DNA from: an uncultured virus (IMG/VR IMGVR_UViG_3300027708_000061)
Taxonomy: Duplodnaviria; Heunggongvirae; Uroviricota; Caudoviricetes
DNA length: 64,000 nt
Virus record (IMG/VR): IMGVR_UViG_3300027708_000061
Reading direction: 5' to 3' (one strand)
Each line of letters starts with the position of its first letter. Positions within the stretch are counted from its first letter, which is position 1. Below, in pieces: positions 18,046-27,372 of this stretch. Made by a program: the position numbers and the translations under genes. The notes beneath the pieces are model-generated. The model saw only the letters and a list, made by a program, of their open reading frames with translations. It was not told the origin of the DNA and did not search any database.

Positions 18046-18861
18046 GGAGCCGTATTTATCAGGGTATGCGGCTGCCATAGAGCCACGCCAAGTCTCGACT
18101 CTGTCACGCTCTTCTTGTTCTTGGGCGTCTTTCATCTTTGCAACATCATCTGGCTTTAAACCGTTATTTGCCGCATCACTCATGGCGTTTATGTTGGTGT
18201 TGTGGTGTTGTGGTGTAATACCCATGCCTGAACGACGAGGCTCTGTATCAACAGGAATTGGCACATCTGGGTGGTGAGTAAACATCCACATTACACGGTG
18301 ACCACCATTGGCTAATCGTGGTTGGTCAGCAACAGACATGTCATAAAGGTGAGACGGGTCAGGACCTAAAGTAGAAAGTTGAACTGGTTTAGACCAGTCG
18401 TAACCATGATGAGTGATGTTGTCATCGATACCAGCACCAGTACCAGACCCATAAGTAGAGTCCATGTTGACTGCTGTAACTCTATTGTGCCAATCTAGGT
18501 CGTATGGTCGCATTGTGCTTTTGAGGTACTTAGGTACTTGAAGGTCCCGCATCTTTTCTTCGTATACCTCGCTTCTAGGCATAACCTCGTCGTTTTCAAG
18601 ACGGTGAGTAGCCAGAATCTCACGAGCGGTCATCTGGTGTGGAGCAGTCCAGTGTGGAACTCCATTAACCATACGCTTCTGGAAGATACGGTCGTGTTCT
18701 GCTTGGTCAAAGTCAGGAACTTCATTTGCACGCTGACTAATTAGAACAGACTCTTCATGCTGTCCTGGACTAGCAATAGGTAGCGGAGTACCTTTGATTT
18801 TGCCGTCTTTGCCTGCCACATGGACAGTTACCTGTAGTGGTCTTGGTCTATTCTCTGTCAT
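18031..18861 (-). CDS. hypothetical protein, possible ParB/Srx-like domain
   Basis: GYDWSKPVQL...LANGGHRV resembles the ParB-N GHxR motif. Confidence 0.45.
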   Translation of the reverse strand: MTENRPRPLQVTVHVAGKDGKIKGTPLPIASPGQHEESVLISQRANEVPDFDQAEHDRIFQKRMVNGVPHWTAPHQMTAREILATHRLENDEVMPRSEVYEEKMRDLQVPKYLKSTMRPYDLDWHNRVTAVNMDSTYGSGTGAGIDDNITHHGYDWSKPVQLSTLGPDPSHLYDMSVADQPRLANGGHRVMWMFTHHPDVPIPVDTEPRRSGMGITPQHHNTNINAMSDAANNGLKPDDVAKMKDAQEQEERDRVETWRGSMAAAYPDKYGSLPKD

Positions 18862-18888
18862 CTGGTCTCGCTCTTTTTAAACCCATGA

Positions 18889-19188
18889 TTATCTTTCTGA
18901 CCAATTGTCTTTAATGCCGTTTACGGCTCCACGTATAAGACCGCCATAAAGTGTTTTAACCATTTCTGGTTTAGGCACGTTCATAAATTTAGCAAACTGG
19001 ATAGCGTTGTGTACCGATGAACGCCTAGTAATGTTTGGTCGTTCTATCTCGTGCTCAATCATGGCTTGTCTTATAGGAGCAATAGGAGTTTTTGCTTTGG
19101 CAATCTTCTTGGCACGCTTGTTGCCTCTAACTGCTTCGTAAGCATAGGTTTCTGCAGTACTACGGATACCTGCTTTGGCTACGGACAT
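18889..19188 (-). CDS. basic hypothetical protein
   Basis: 99 aa, coupled. Confidence 0.65.
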   Translation of the reverse strand: MSVAKAGIRSTAETYAYEAVRGNKRAKKIAKAKTPIAPIRQAMIEHEIERPNITRRSSVHNAIQFAKFMNVPKPEMVKTLYGGLIRGAVNGIKDNWSER

Positions 19189-20981
19189 TAAAACCCTCTT
19201 CTGTGTCTAGGAATGCCCATTAGTGCACGAGCACGTTCTTCTGGACTTTTTTGCACAGGGGTATCTTCTTCGCCTGTCCAAACTCCTGAAGAATCCGCAC
19301 TAACTCTTTTCATTAGTTCTTCGTCAGGGTTAGCCCCACGTCTGATGTCGGCGTCCATTGTAAGTCGACGTTGATGCTCAGAACTTCTAAAGCGAGTTGT
19401 GGCTATCTGCCGTCTTGTCTGGTCAACAGTAGTTGTAAGGTCATTTGCATCTGCAAGCGTATCTAAGCCAGCACTAGCAAAAGTATTTCTTCTCCATGAA
19501 GGTTGGTGAGGGTTGGGCTGACCTATTGTGTCAGACACATTTTCAGGCATTTGAGTTTCAAGATTAGCCGTGTCACCTAAGTACCCTGCTGGAATAGAGA
19601 ACTGAGCAATTCTTGAAGGAATAGCATCTCTAGTTTCGGTCTTTAGTTTTAGTAATGCTTGGTTTTCCCGAGTTTTTACTACATCTTTGTAAGCCTGGTG
19701 GATGTCTGCCGCTTCATCACCAACTCTATCTAAGTCTACTTTTTGTCGGTTTGTTGAATCTGGGCTAATTGCATGAAGTTCATGGATGTTTAATCCTGTG
19801 GTTTCACTTAAATCTCGCCACTCTTCTCTAGAACGACGCTCAGTGTGCTCTGGAAGCAACGGGTGTGTGCCTTCGTCATGAGACTTTGGGTCCCATTCAG
19901 TGTCATCATTCCAACCAGTGTTAGCACCGTTCTGTCTTAAGTACGTGCTGTTAGGGTCAATTTTTCTAATTACGGCAGCAGAGTTTGAAGATGTCATGTC
20001 CGATTTAAGCATTCCAATAGGGTTACCTAAATCCAAAAGATGCTGGTGTGCGGCGGCAAGCATCTTTATGCTTACTGGTCCTTTTTGATGTTTGTGGTCG
20101 ATGTACCAACCACCAACGTGACCTTCAGAATCATAAGTCAGTCTTCCAACAGCAATGCCCTTGTGGTAACCAATTACAGTGTGGGTACCACCGTACATGC
20201 CATCATGAGAGGCTTGTTCAACACTTCTATCATCGATAGAGTGTTTGTCATAAAATTCACCAGCAGGAAAGGCGTGTGCCGTGTAATCACTGTCTTGAAG
20301 TCTTGGGCTGTTGTTAAGAGCCATGACTTTATCAATACGGTCTCGTATGCCCGCTACACGTTCTGGTTCTTCTCGTTCTAGTTCTTCTTCGCTACGAGGT
20401 TTTCTACCCCAACCACTGGCGTCATCTTCTTCATCTTCTTCATCGACGACTTCATTGCGACTTTGTGACCACGTATAGTGGTTTCTCCATTCACCGCCGT
20501 GGTGGGTACCTGCTTCTAATGCATCTTCATTTTCAGACCAACTCATGTTACGTTCTACGCCACGCATGAACTGCGGTGCATGGGAACCAGGACTGCAACT
20601 ACCGCTGCCGTTAGGGACTACGCCACCGTGAGGGCACATGCTTAGGTTGCCATTTGTAGTCAATAGATGACGAATTATTTCATCGGCGTCATAGCCACGA
20701 CCTGTTAAGTCTTTTTCATGGAATTGGTCAAATCTTAGGTCACCTTGACCATGACTGCCATTTACGTCTGGGTAATACCCACCAATACCATTACGGTCTG
20801 GGTTATGGTACTCACCATTATGTGCAGGCAGTGGGGCGTTATTAGGTGTGTGCATCCAATGCCCGTGTACACACAGTTTAGCAAAACCAGTCGCTTCAAT
20901 GGCACTTTGTCTGGCTTCAAGACTGCCAAATGCATACCGTCGGTTGTCTCCATAAACTAAACTTTGGATGTTGTATGGCAT
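19188..20981 (-). CDS. protein with GNAT-like central domain; paralog of 20984..22618
   Basis: GRLTY...GWYIDHKHQKG; shared EEPERVAGI, IDPNSTYLR, SGVWTG. Confidence 0.65.
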   Translation of the reverse strand: MPYNIQSLVYGDNRRYAFGSLEARQSAIEATGFAKLCVHGHWMHTPNNAPLPAHNGEYHNPDRNGIGGYYPDVNGSHGQGDLRFDQFHEKDLTGRGYDADEIIRHLLTTNGNLSMCPHGGVVPNGSGSCSPGSHAPQFMRGVERNMSWSENEDALEAGTHHGGEWRNHYTWSQSRNEVVDEEDEEDDASGWGRKPRSEEELEREEPERVAGIRDRIDKVMALNNSPRLQDSDYTAHAFPAGEFYDKHSIDDRSVEQASHDGMYGGTHTVIGYHKGIAVGRLTYDSEGHVGGWYIDHKHQKGPVSIKMLAAAHQHLLDLGNPIGMLKSDMTSSNSAAVIRKIDPNSTYLRQNGANTGWNDDTEWDPKSHDEGTHPLLPEHTERRSREEWRDLSETTGLNIHELHAISPDSTNRQKVDLDRVGDEAADIHQAYKDVVKTRENQALLKLKTETRDAIPSRIAQFSIPAGYLGDTANLETQMPENVSDTIGQPNPHQPSWRRNTFASAGLDTLADANDLTTTVDQTRRQIATTRFRSSEHQRRLTMDADIRRGANPDEELMKRVSADSSGVWTGEEDTPVQKSPEERARALMGIPRHRRGF

Positions 20982-20983
20982 CT

Positions 20984-22618
20984 TTAATCTCCCTGTACAT
21001 AACTGCGTCGACCCATTGGGTCAGTAATACGCTTTACTCGTTCGTATGGGTTTAGGTCTAATGGCAAAGCAGGCTTTGGAGCAGGCAAAGTAGCCTTTTC
21101 ATCTATCTCTTCATCTCCAGTCCATACGCCAGATGTGCCAATCAAATCTGGTGCTTGTAGTCCGTGACGAGCCTCTACCGCTGCTTTAATGTCCTCGGGG
21201 TCTGGCTTTGAACTGCTATGGACGTATCTCGTAGTTTTTCTATTTGACTCGTCTTGTGGCGTGGCTTCTCTAGCACGACCTCTAAGATAACTAAGGCTTT
21301 CATGACTTAAATTAGCAGCAACATCCATAGGCTGTGTGCTTTGCAACACTTGAGTAGTTCGCAGAGCATCGATTCGGTCTCGTGCAGAGGGTTGCCATGC
21401 GTTCTCTAGCCAATCATGGGCAGGCATGTCTCCTGGAACTTCATGCACACCTTGTGCGATTATGTTGGCAGCAGCAGTGCCGACTATACGTTTGTACTGT
21501 TTTTCTTCGTCCTGTGAGTCTTCGTCTTGGTGTCTTCTAATTTGTTCACCAATTGCCTTAGCCTCATCACTTGGAATACCTGCATCATACGCAACGTAGC
21601 GGTTTTTAGGGTCATAACTCATTGCCAACAGGTCAGCCACAGAACGCCCCGACTCATCGGACTTTCTTTGCCACTCTTCTTTAGTTAATCGTAAAGAGTC
21701 ATTTCTAAGTGGCGTATTGCTAATGTCGCTCTGTCCATCAACCCAGTTTTCAGTTCTGCCCGTATCCGCATCATTATGGCGTAGATAGGTACTGTTTGGG
21801 TCAATGTTTCTAATTAGACCAGCAGATTGCTGTGTAGTGTTTTCGGTACGCAATAACCCAATTGGATTGCCAATAGTGTCTTTAAGATGACGATGAGCCG
21901 CAACTAGCATTTGAACGGCTGCCATAGTGCCTTGGTGACGGTGGTCAATGTACATTGAGCCCACTTTGCCTTCATCATCATAGGTCAAACTACCCACACG
22001 GGTATTTGGAGCGTTCCTGTGATAAACCTGCACATTGTTACCGTGTTGACCATAGTAGGTTCCTGACGGGGCATGCTTAATGAAATAAGGGCTATCTGCC
22101 ACACGGGCATCATGCATCTTAATTATTTTGCCAAGACGCTCGCTAATACCTGCTACACGCTCTGGTTCTTCACTAACTAGTTCATGTTCATTTCGAGGGT
22201 ATCTTGAATTCCAACCATCGTTTTGGGCGTCTGAGTCTTGGGCTTCACGACCATAATGATGCTCTTCCCAGTTATTTGCGTGTTCTTCGTCAACATAATC
22301 ATCACAAGCCTCACAGTGACGTAGTGGACCATGCTGAGGGTTTTCTTCAGTGACGTTGGGAAACCTTGTGCTAATAAGATGGTACATTGGAATACTAGGG
22401 CGTGTGTCTGAGTGAATTTCTCCACAAATGTCACAAGGACTGTGTCTTTCATCAGTATCGTGGTAGGTATTACAAGTAGGACAGGCTACGTGCCCAACCC
22501 GTGTCCAAAGACCTTCTCTGCCTGGGTGGTTCCAAGTTAACGGACCGTAAGGTAAATTTGTACTAATTTCTGGGTGCGAATGACCGCAAAACGTGCAATG
22601 TTCATTTTGTTCAGGCAT
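20984..22618 (-). CDS. protein with N-terminal CxxC knuckles and GNAT-like domain; paralog of 19188..20981
   Basis: Four CxxC motifs; GSLTY...SMYIDHRHQG. Confidence 0.65.
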   Translation of the reverse strand: MPEQNEHCTFCGHSHPEISTNLPYGPLTWNHPGREGLWTRVGHVACPTCNTYHDTDERHSPCDICGEIHSDTRPSIPMYHLISTRFPNVTEENPQHGPLRHCEACDDYVDEEHANNWEEHHYGREAQDSDAQNDGWNSRYPRNEHELVSEEPERVAGISERLGKIIKMHDARVADSPYFIKHAPSGTYYGQHGNNVQVYHRNAPNTRVGSLTYDDEGKVGSMYIDHRHQGTMAAVQMLVAAHRHLKDTIGNPIGLLRTENTTQQSAGLIRNIDPNSTYLRHNDADTGRTENWVDGQSDISNTPLRNDSLRLTKEEWQRKSDESGRSVADLLAMSYDPKNRYVAYDAGIPSDEAKAIGEQIRRHQDEDSQDEEKQYKRIVGTAAANIIAQGVHEVPGDMPAHDWLENAWQPSARDRIDALRTTQVLQSTQPMDVAANLSHESLSYLRGRAREATPQDESNRKTTRYVHSSSKPDPEDIKAAVEARHGLQAPDLIGTSGVWTGDEEIDEKATLPAPKPALPLDLNPYERVKRITDPMGRRSYVQGD

Positions 22619-22656
22619 AATGCTAATTTTCCCACACAGTAAAGGAGATTAAAGGG

Positions 22657-23373
22657 TTAACGTAATCCAATGACACGTTCAGGAGTACGCCCCTGTATTT
22701 CGACGCCTGAACCTTTACAGTCAGCACAGTCTGCTGGAATCATTCCTTGGTTCTCTCGTCTTCGTGGCTCATTCGCCTGCGACCACACACGGTCAGTTAG
22801 CCATCTGCGGTCTGAGCCGCTGCCCCCACAACTGAAGCAAGAATGAATCACGCTGTTTTTGTCATCGTGCCAATCAAGACCTGCAACATGTCTAGCAAAC
22901 GCTAGTGCAGTCATTCCTGAACTTTCTGTGTGGAGTTTTGTTACAAAGTCTTCCATGGCTGGTTGCGGATTACGCATAGTAATCTTTGTTGAATCGGCGG
23001 AGAATACTCTTTTTATCAACCTGAAACTATCTTCGGTAGTGTTACGAGTACCCTGTAAGCCAACGCCACCCAAAAGACGGCTAATTTTATTGCCTGCTGC
23101 CAATAGCACAGGTGCTACAGCACTGTTCTGGTGGTTAGGGTGTACAGATACGTGAGTCTCGCCAGTTCTAGCGTTAAAGTTCAACGTCCCGACTCCCAGT
23201 GGCACAACGTGCTCTGGTGGCTTCCACAGGGCGTTTAAATGGTATACCTCGTCTCCTTTGCCAGATTTAACAAAGTGCAGCGAGTAGTTACCCTGTTTGA
23301 ACCTTGGTCCTAGCAAAGAGAGTATTCGGGCTTCTTCAGCCTCGTGCTTGTTTAATTGTCTACTTGGTTCCAT
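22657..23373 (-). CDS. GNAT-like protein with C-terminal CxxCxGxG Zn finger
   Basis: VSVHPNHQNS; CFSCGGSG and CADCKGSG. Confidence 0.55.
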   Translation of the reverse strand: MEPSRQLNKHEAEEARILSLLGPRFKQGNYSLHFVKSGKGDEVYHLNALWKPPEHVVPLGVGTLNFNARTGETHVSVHPNHQNSAVAPVLLAAGNKISRLLGGVGLQGTRNTTEDSFRLIKRVFSADSTKITMRNPQPAMEDFVTKLHTESSGMTALAFARHVAGLDWHDDKNSVIHSCFSCGGSGSDRRWLTDRVWSQANEPRRRENQGMIPADCADCKGSGVEIQGRTPERVIGLR

Positions 23374-23759
23374 TATCTACCTGCGTCTGTTTCGTAGCGA
23401 CCTCTAGGGTCTGGGGAGTTGATGCGTCCACCGCACTCTTCTTCAGGATGCCAATGTATTTCTGCACCACCATTGTCATTAAATACGTGTCCTACACGCT
23501 TAAAGTCGCTGTGGCGGATAGTTCTGCGTGAATACATGGCTCCAGGGTCCATAGGGTCACGGTGGAACTCTGTACGCTTGCTAGGAGTGATTTCGTAAAC
23601 GTCATCTCCATAAGCAGTGTTTGGATAGCCTGGCATGACATAAACGCCTTTAGGCATGTCTTCCCAAGGCTTGTGAGGAACTAACCCTGCTTGGGCAATG
23701 CTCTCACGGTTTTCACGGTGAGCCATGTGATAGAAGAGGTCTTCGTTATTAGCACCCAT
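23373..23759 (-). CDS. ADP-ribosyltransferase-fold protein with MGANN leader
   Basis: FYHMAH...ESIAQAGL...GVYV...YGDDVYEI. Confidence 0.6.
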   Translation of the reverse strand: MGANNEDLFYHMAHRENRESIAQAGLVPHKPWEDMPKGVYVMPGYPNTAYGDDVYEITPSKRTEFHRDPMDPGAMYSRRTIRHSDFKRVGHVFNDNGGAEIHWHPEEECGGRINSPDPRGRYETDAGR

Positions 23760-24142
23760 TATTCTTGATACCCCGCTGAATGTATGTAATCGTGCTTGTA
23801 CATAGAAATAGGGGTGACTTTGCGACCATCGTAAATAATTCGGTCATTGCCAGGGTCGTGCTTGCTGTAATAGTTCATGTCGTATGTGCCATCCGCCTCT
23901 TCGCCATCGTGGTCTTGTTCGTGGTAATACGGGCTTTCAAACTTTAAGTTGTCTGGGATAGTGACCTTGACGATGTGGCTACCGTAGTCTCCTGCAATTG
24001 TGTCGTCAGGGTGTAGATAGACGTTGTTACGAAAACCGTTAGCCATAATGCTTTTGGCGGAATCTTCATCAGTTCCGTGATACATAATTATGGAGCGACC
24101 ACTTCCAGTTCCATTGCCGAACTCTTCGTTATTGGCACCCAT
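23759..24142 (-). CDS. ADP-ribosyltransferase-fold protein with MGANN leader
   Basis: MYHGT...SIMANGF...VYL...AGDYG. Confidence 0.7.
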   Translation of the reverse strand: MGANNEEFGNGTGSGRSIIMYHGTDEDSAKSIMANGFRNNVYLHPDDTIAGDYGSHIVKVTIPDNLKFESPYYHEQDHDGEEADGTYDMNYYSKHDPGNDRIIYDGRKVTPISMYKHDYIHSAGYQE

Positions 24143-24522
24143 TACCTACCCCATGCTTCTTTGTCTAAGTATTTAGGATTACTGTCTTCTGGTGGCATTT
24201 TGTTTTCTGGAATGTCTTCGCCAAGTGACTTAGCCCAGTTATCTCCATCAATGGTTCTATAGCCACTCATCTCTGGCTTTTTTTCTAAGATACCTTGGCT
24301 ATGGAGGTCATTGGCATGCTTCCACATTGCTGTGGCAACGCCTTTTCTTCTCCAGTCAGGGTGGACTGTAATCCAACTAAGGTTCGCAGTAGAACCAAAC
24401 TTACCTAGCCCCAGTTCTCCCACTCTTTTTCCTTCAGCAGTTCTAGCGTAAATGACGTGGTTTACAGGACCTTCTTGCAGTTCAAAAGTGTAACCGTGGA
24501 AATCTGCGTTATTTGCTCCCAT
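24142..24522 (-). CDS. GNAT acetyltransferase with MGANN leader
   Basis: ITVHPDWRRKGVATAM acetyl-CoA motif A. Confidence 0.85.
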   Translation of the reverse strand: MGANNADFHGYTFELQEGPVNHVIYARTAEGKRVGELGLGKFGSTANLSWITVHPDWRRKGVATAMWKHANDLHSQGILEKKPEMSGYRTIDGDNWAKSLGEDIPENKMPPEDSNPKYLDKEAWGR

Positions 24523-25097
24523 TACTTACCTGCTATGTGCTTACGCCAGTGCTTAGTCAATACGCTAGTGATGTGGTTTTGTACTGCTACTGGTGGCAAA
24601 TAAGTGCCACGTACTTGAAAACTGACTTTTCCAGTTGGGTGGTCAAGGATGGCGTCGTGGGCTAGGTAGGCGGTAGGTGAATTCTCTGGAGCGTGAGCAT
24701 ACGCCTCAATTTCGCCAGTGTGACTGTTCTTACCATAAGTCACACGCCATTTGCCCACTTTGGTTTCTTCTGGAACTGGTACCTCATTATTTTTGATACG
24801 TTCTGAATGAAACGACTCATCCGACAGTGCCTGACGATGAACCCTTTCAAATGCCATTGCAGGACCATAACTATCTAAGAGGTCTTCGGTGGTGCCTTTG
24901 TCGTTTAACAAACTCTCTGGGCTAGTCAGCATGGCTTGGTCACGAGTAAGTTCGCCACCTTTACAGTTCATACAGATTTTAGTCTTATTATCCACACGAC
25001 TAACTGGTGAGTTGGAGAGTATTGGGTTACGGTTACAGGATGGGCACTTTGGAAAATTTTGGTTGATTATGTCAACAAACTGTCTAGGAGTATCCAT
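24522..25097 (-). CDS. hypothetical protein with N-terminal Zn finger
   Basis: CPSC...SRVDNKTKICMNC. Confidence 0.7.
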   Translation of the reverse strand: MDTPRQFVDIINQNFPKCPSCNRNPILSNSPVSRVDNKTKICMNCKGGELTRDQAMLTSPESLLNDKGTTEDLLDSYGPAMAFERVHRQALSDESFHSERIKNNEVPVPEETKVGKWRVTYGKNSHTGEIEAYAHAPENSPTAYLAHDAILDHPTGKVSFQVRGTYLPPVAVQNHITSVLTKHWRKHIAGK

Positions 25098-25579
25098 TAG
25101 TCTCCTTCAGGCTTAAACTGCTGTCCTAGGTTACTTGTGATTTCCCTAAAAATACGAGTAGTGTTGTGCGGATTAAAACTAAACAAGCGTCTGTACTGTT
25201 GGGCTCCTTCTTCTCTTGTGGAGCGGTAATTAGCGATGCTTTGGGTTACTGGATGGTTTCCGCCCAGGTTATAGTGCAACACTTGGTGCAGGTGCTCCAG
25301 TGAACCGTTTGCTGTGTCAAAGTGTTCGGCGGCGGCTTTATAGTCCCTGTCACGGTGAGATGCAACCGCAACTGCATCGTGCATCATGAACGCTTCTCCA
25401 TAAGGCTTGGCGTAGATGCTGTGGACAATGTTGTGGCGGTGCCCATTTGGCAAACTACCAAAGTAGCCATTGTAGTCATCGGAAAACTTTTGGTGAGCGT
25501 CCACCATGCTGCTCATGAGGATTTGTGACGCCGCCTCGTGGTAGCGGTGCCTTAACGGTAGGTCTTCATTTTCATCCAT
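25097..25579 (-). CDS. His-rich helical hypothetical protein
   Basis: 160 aa; ends NLGQQFKPEGD. Confidence 0.7.
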   Translation of the reverse strand: MDENEDLPLRHRYHEAASQILMSSMVDAHQKFSDDYNGYFGSLPNGHRHNIVHSIYAKPYGEAFMMHDAVAVASHRDRDYKAAAEHFDTANGSLEHLHQVLHYNLGGNHPVTQSIANYRSTREEGAQQYRRLFSFNPHNTTRIFREITSNLGQQFKPEGD

Positions 25580-25588
25580 AAAATGCCC

Positions 25589-25882
25589 CTACAATCCGTG
25601 CTTGTCCAACAGACGCTTTAGATTGTCGCCAATCCAATCAGCACCACCAAAAGCCCCTAGAACGGCAATGTGAGCCACACTCTGCTCTGGGTCAGCCCCT
25701 GGTACGCCTTTGACATGCTTGTCTACATAGCCTTTAATGGCGTCTTGAATGTGCGGCTCCATAGCACGGAGGATGTCGTGTGGCAGTCCCACAGCATGAT
25801 ACTTGGCTTGGGCTTCTACGATGAACTCTCTAGCCTTGTTGGCTCGCAGGGACGCATCAATAAACGGCTGAAAATCACTCAT
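25589..25882 (-). CDS. hypothetical protein, leaderless first gene of array
   Basis: ATG 6 nt after CATAAT. Confidence 0.7.
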   Translation of the reverse strand: MSDFQPFIDASLRANKAREFIVEAQAKYHAVGLPHDILRAMEPHIQDAIKGYVDKHVKGVPGADPEQSVAHIAVLGAFGGADWIGDNLKRLLDKHGL

Positions 25883-25888
25883 AAAGCC

Positions 25889-25924
25889 ATTATGACGGGT
25901 GTGTGTCTGTCTCTCTGGCTAAAC
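25889..25924 (-). promoter_or_regulatory. putative late promoter GTTTAG-N24-CATAAT (leaderless)
   Basis: Same geometry; heads the leftward array. Confidence 0.7.
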
Positions 25925-26794
25925 TGACACTTTTTGCTGTGGAGGCTGTGGAGCAGGGGCGACCTATAGACATCCTGCCCTGTCTACGGGGCATCATCTC
26001 GCCCCCATGCCCCCCTATAGGGGCAGGGTGAGTCAAGGGTAGGCGTGATTATGGAGGCAGGGGCGACTTTAGGCTACTGTGTCACCTTTGTAGACGTGAT
26101 TCGGGTGTGTCACCTGGCGGTTCCGACCCGCAGCCTCGTCTAACCTGCCCCCCTCCGCAGACCTCCATAGCCACCTGCCCCCCTGACTCCCAGTGAGGTG
26201 GCACCACCTGCCTGACCCCAGCAAATACAAGGGGTTCAGGGGTGGTCAGGTGACCGAGTGATGGCGTGGCTGATGGCTCCATAGGCTCTTTTGGCTACTG
26301 TGGCAGTTGACAGGTGGCTCGTGGCTGTACCGCCAGCCATACAGCACCCCTCCCCTCTTGCTATCAGGTCATAACAGCCTCATGGTGACCATGACCCCCC
26401 TGACTGGGTATCCACCTCATACTTACCTGACATGCCCTCCATCAGCACCACAGCCCCGTATGGGGCTATGCCAGCCATCACCCACCAGTGCACCATCCAG
26501 CAAGGCACCCATCAGCAAAACTTCCTCTCTGACTGCATGTGACTACCCTCTCTCTGTGTCTCTCTCTAGGTCTGTCATCCATCTGACCCTCTGTGTGACC
26601 TCACAGGGGGCTCTGCCCCCCGAACCCCCCGATGGTCGGTCGGCAGGGTGCAGGGGCTTCCTAGGGGCTCCTAGGGCTCCTCCTGACCCATCGGCTGGCT
26701 CGGTCACTGGGTGCCGTTACTGGGTCACTGGACGGCTCAGGTGGGGTGCCTGACGCTGGCTCCTCTACCCTCTCCAGAGGGGCTCCAGAGGCTC

Positions 26795-26840
26795 CAAAAA
26801 CACCCTCAAAAACACCCTCAAAAACGCTCAAAAAACACCT
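26795..26840 (+). repeat. tandem A-tract repeats (CAAAAACACCCT x2 plus two variants)
   Basis: Four A5-6 tracts at 10-12 bp spacing. Confidence 0.8.
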
Positions 26841-26931
26841 CTACGGAGCACTTAGACACGCCCATCGGCAACTTTCCATCGCCTCTACAACCCTTATGTT
26901 TACTGGGCTCTAGGAATGTCTCTAAATGGTG

Positions 26932-26961
26932 TTGACACCATGTGGAGATGTGTGCTACTTT
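26932..26961 (+). promoter_or_regulatory. sigmaA-type promoter of the rightward block
   Basis: TTGACA-18-TACTTT with TGn extension. Confidence 0.75.
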
Positions 26962-26967
26962 TGTCTT

Positions 26968-27333
26968 GTTCCGCCTCGGGTATCCAGCCCTCACCTCACC
27001 CCCTCGGGGGTGCCCCCCTCGGGGGCTCGCAGGTGGGGGGTCTGCCTCGACTGGTGACCACTCGGTCACCCACCAGCCCAGTGCTCCTCTGCTGACTGCG
27101 GTGGCGGTTCAGGTGCCCATGCCACCAGATGCATGGGAGAACTCAATAGTGGACGAAACGGATAGCAGGGAGTGCAGGCACGAGGTGGGAGTAGACCCCT
27201 CAAGTAATCGCCTGACCACTTACGAGTGCAGACCTGACTATCCCCAATGGCTTTAGCCCTGTGTGCTGGCGTGCATTCATGCACTGCACTGACCCTCGTG
27301 GTCATGGCGTTCGACTCGCCAACAGGGCACGCA
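26968..27333 (+). ncRNA. candidate large structured RNA/leader ending in a tRNA-like domain
   Basis: Several hand-identified helices; 3' domain GCCCTGT/ACAGGGC plus TGGCG-TTCGACT-CGCCA. Confidence 0.65.
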
Positions 27334-27372
27334 TCACCTACCCACCACCAACCCAATCAAGGAGCAATGCCC

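Noticed and set aside
22619..22660. Further copy of the late promoter
   Set aside because: Possible -10 box but the TTT element is not at the 24-nt spacing
27081..27175. Hammerhead ribozyme (CTGA...GACGAAAC)
   Set aside because: No CUGANGA core and no stem III with a cleavage triplet
27256..27333. Canonical tRNA, tRNA-Sec or tmRNA
   Set aside because: No D arm or 7-nt anticodon loop; acceptor strands are local, with no tag reading frame between them
26082..27356. ORF-track ORFs in the strand-switch region and the upstream extension of 27247..28044
   Set aside because: No RBS, low-complexity translations, overlap with promoter and RNA structure; RBS supports 27373
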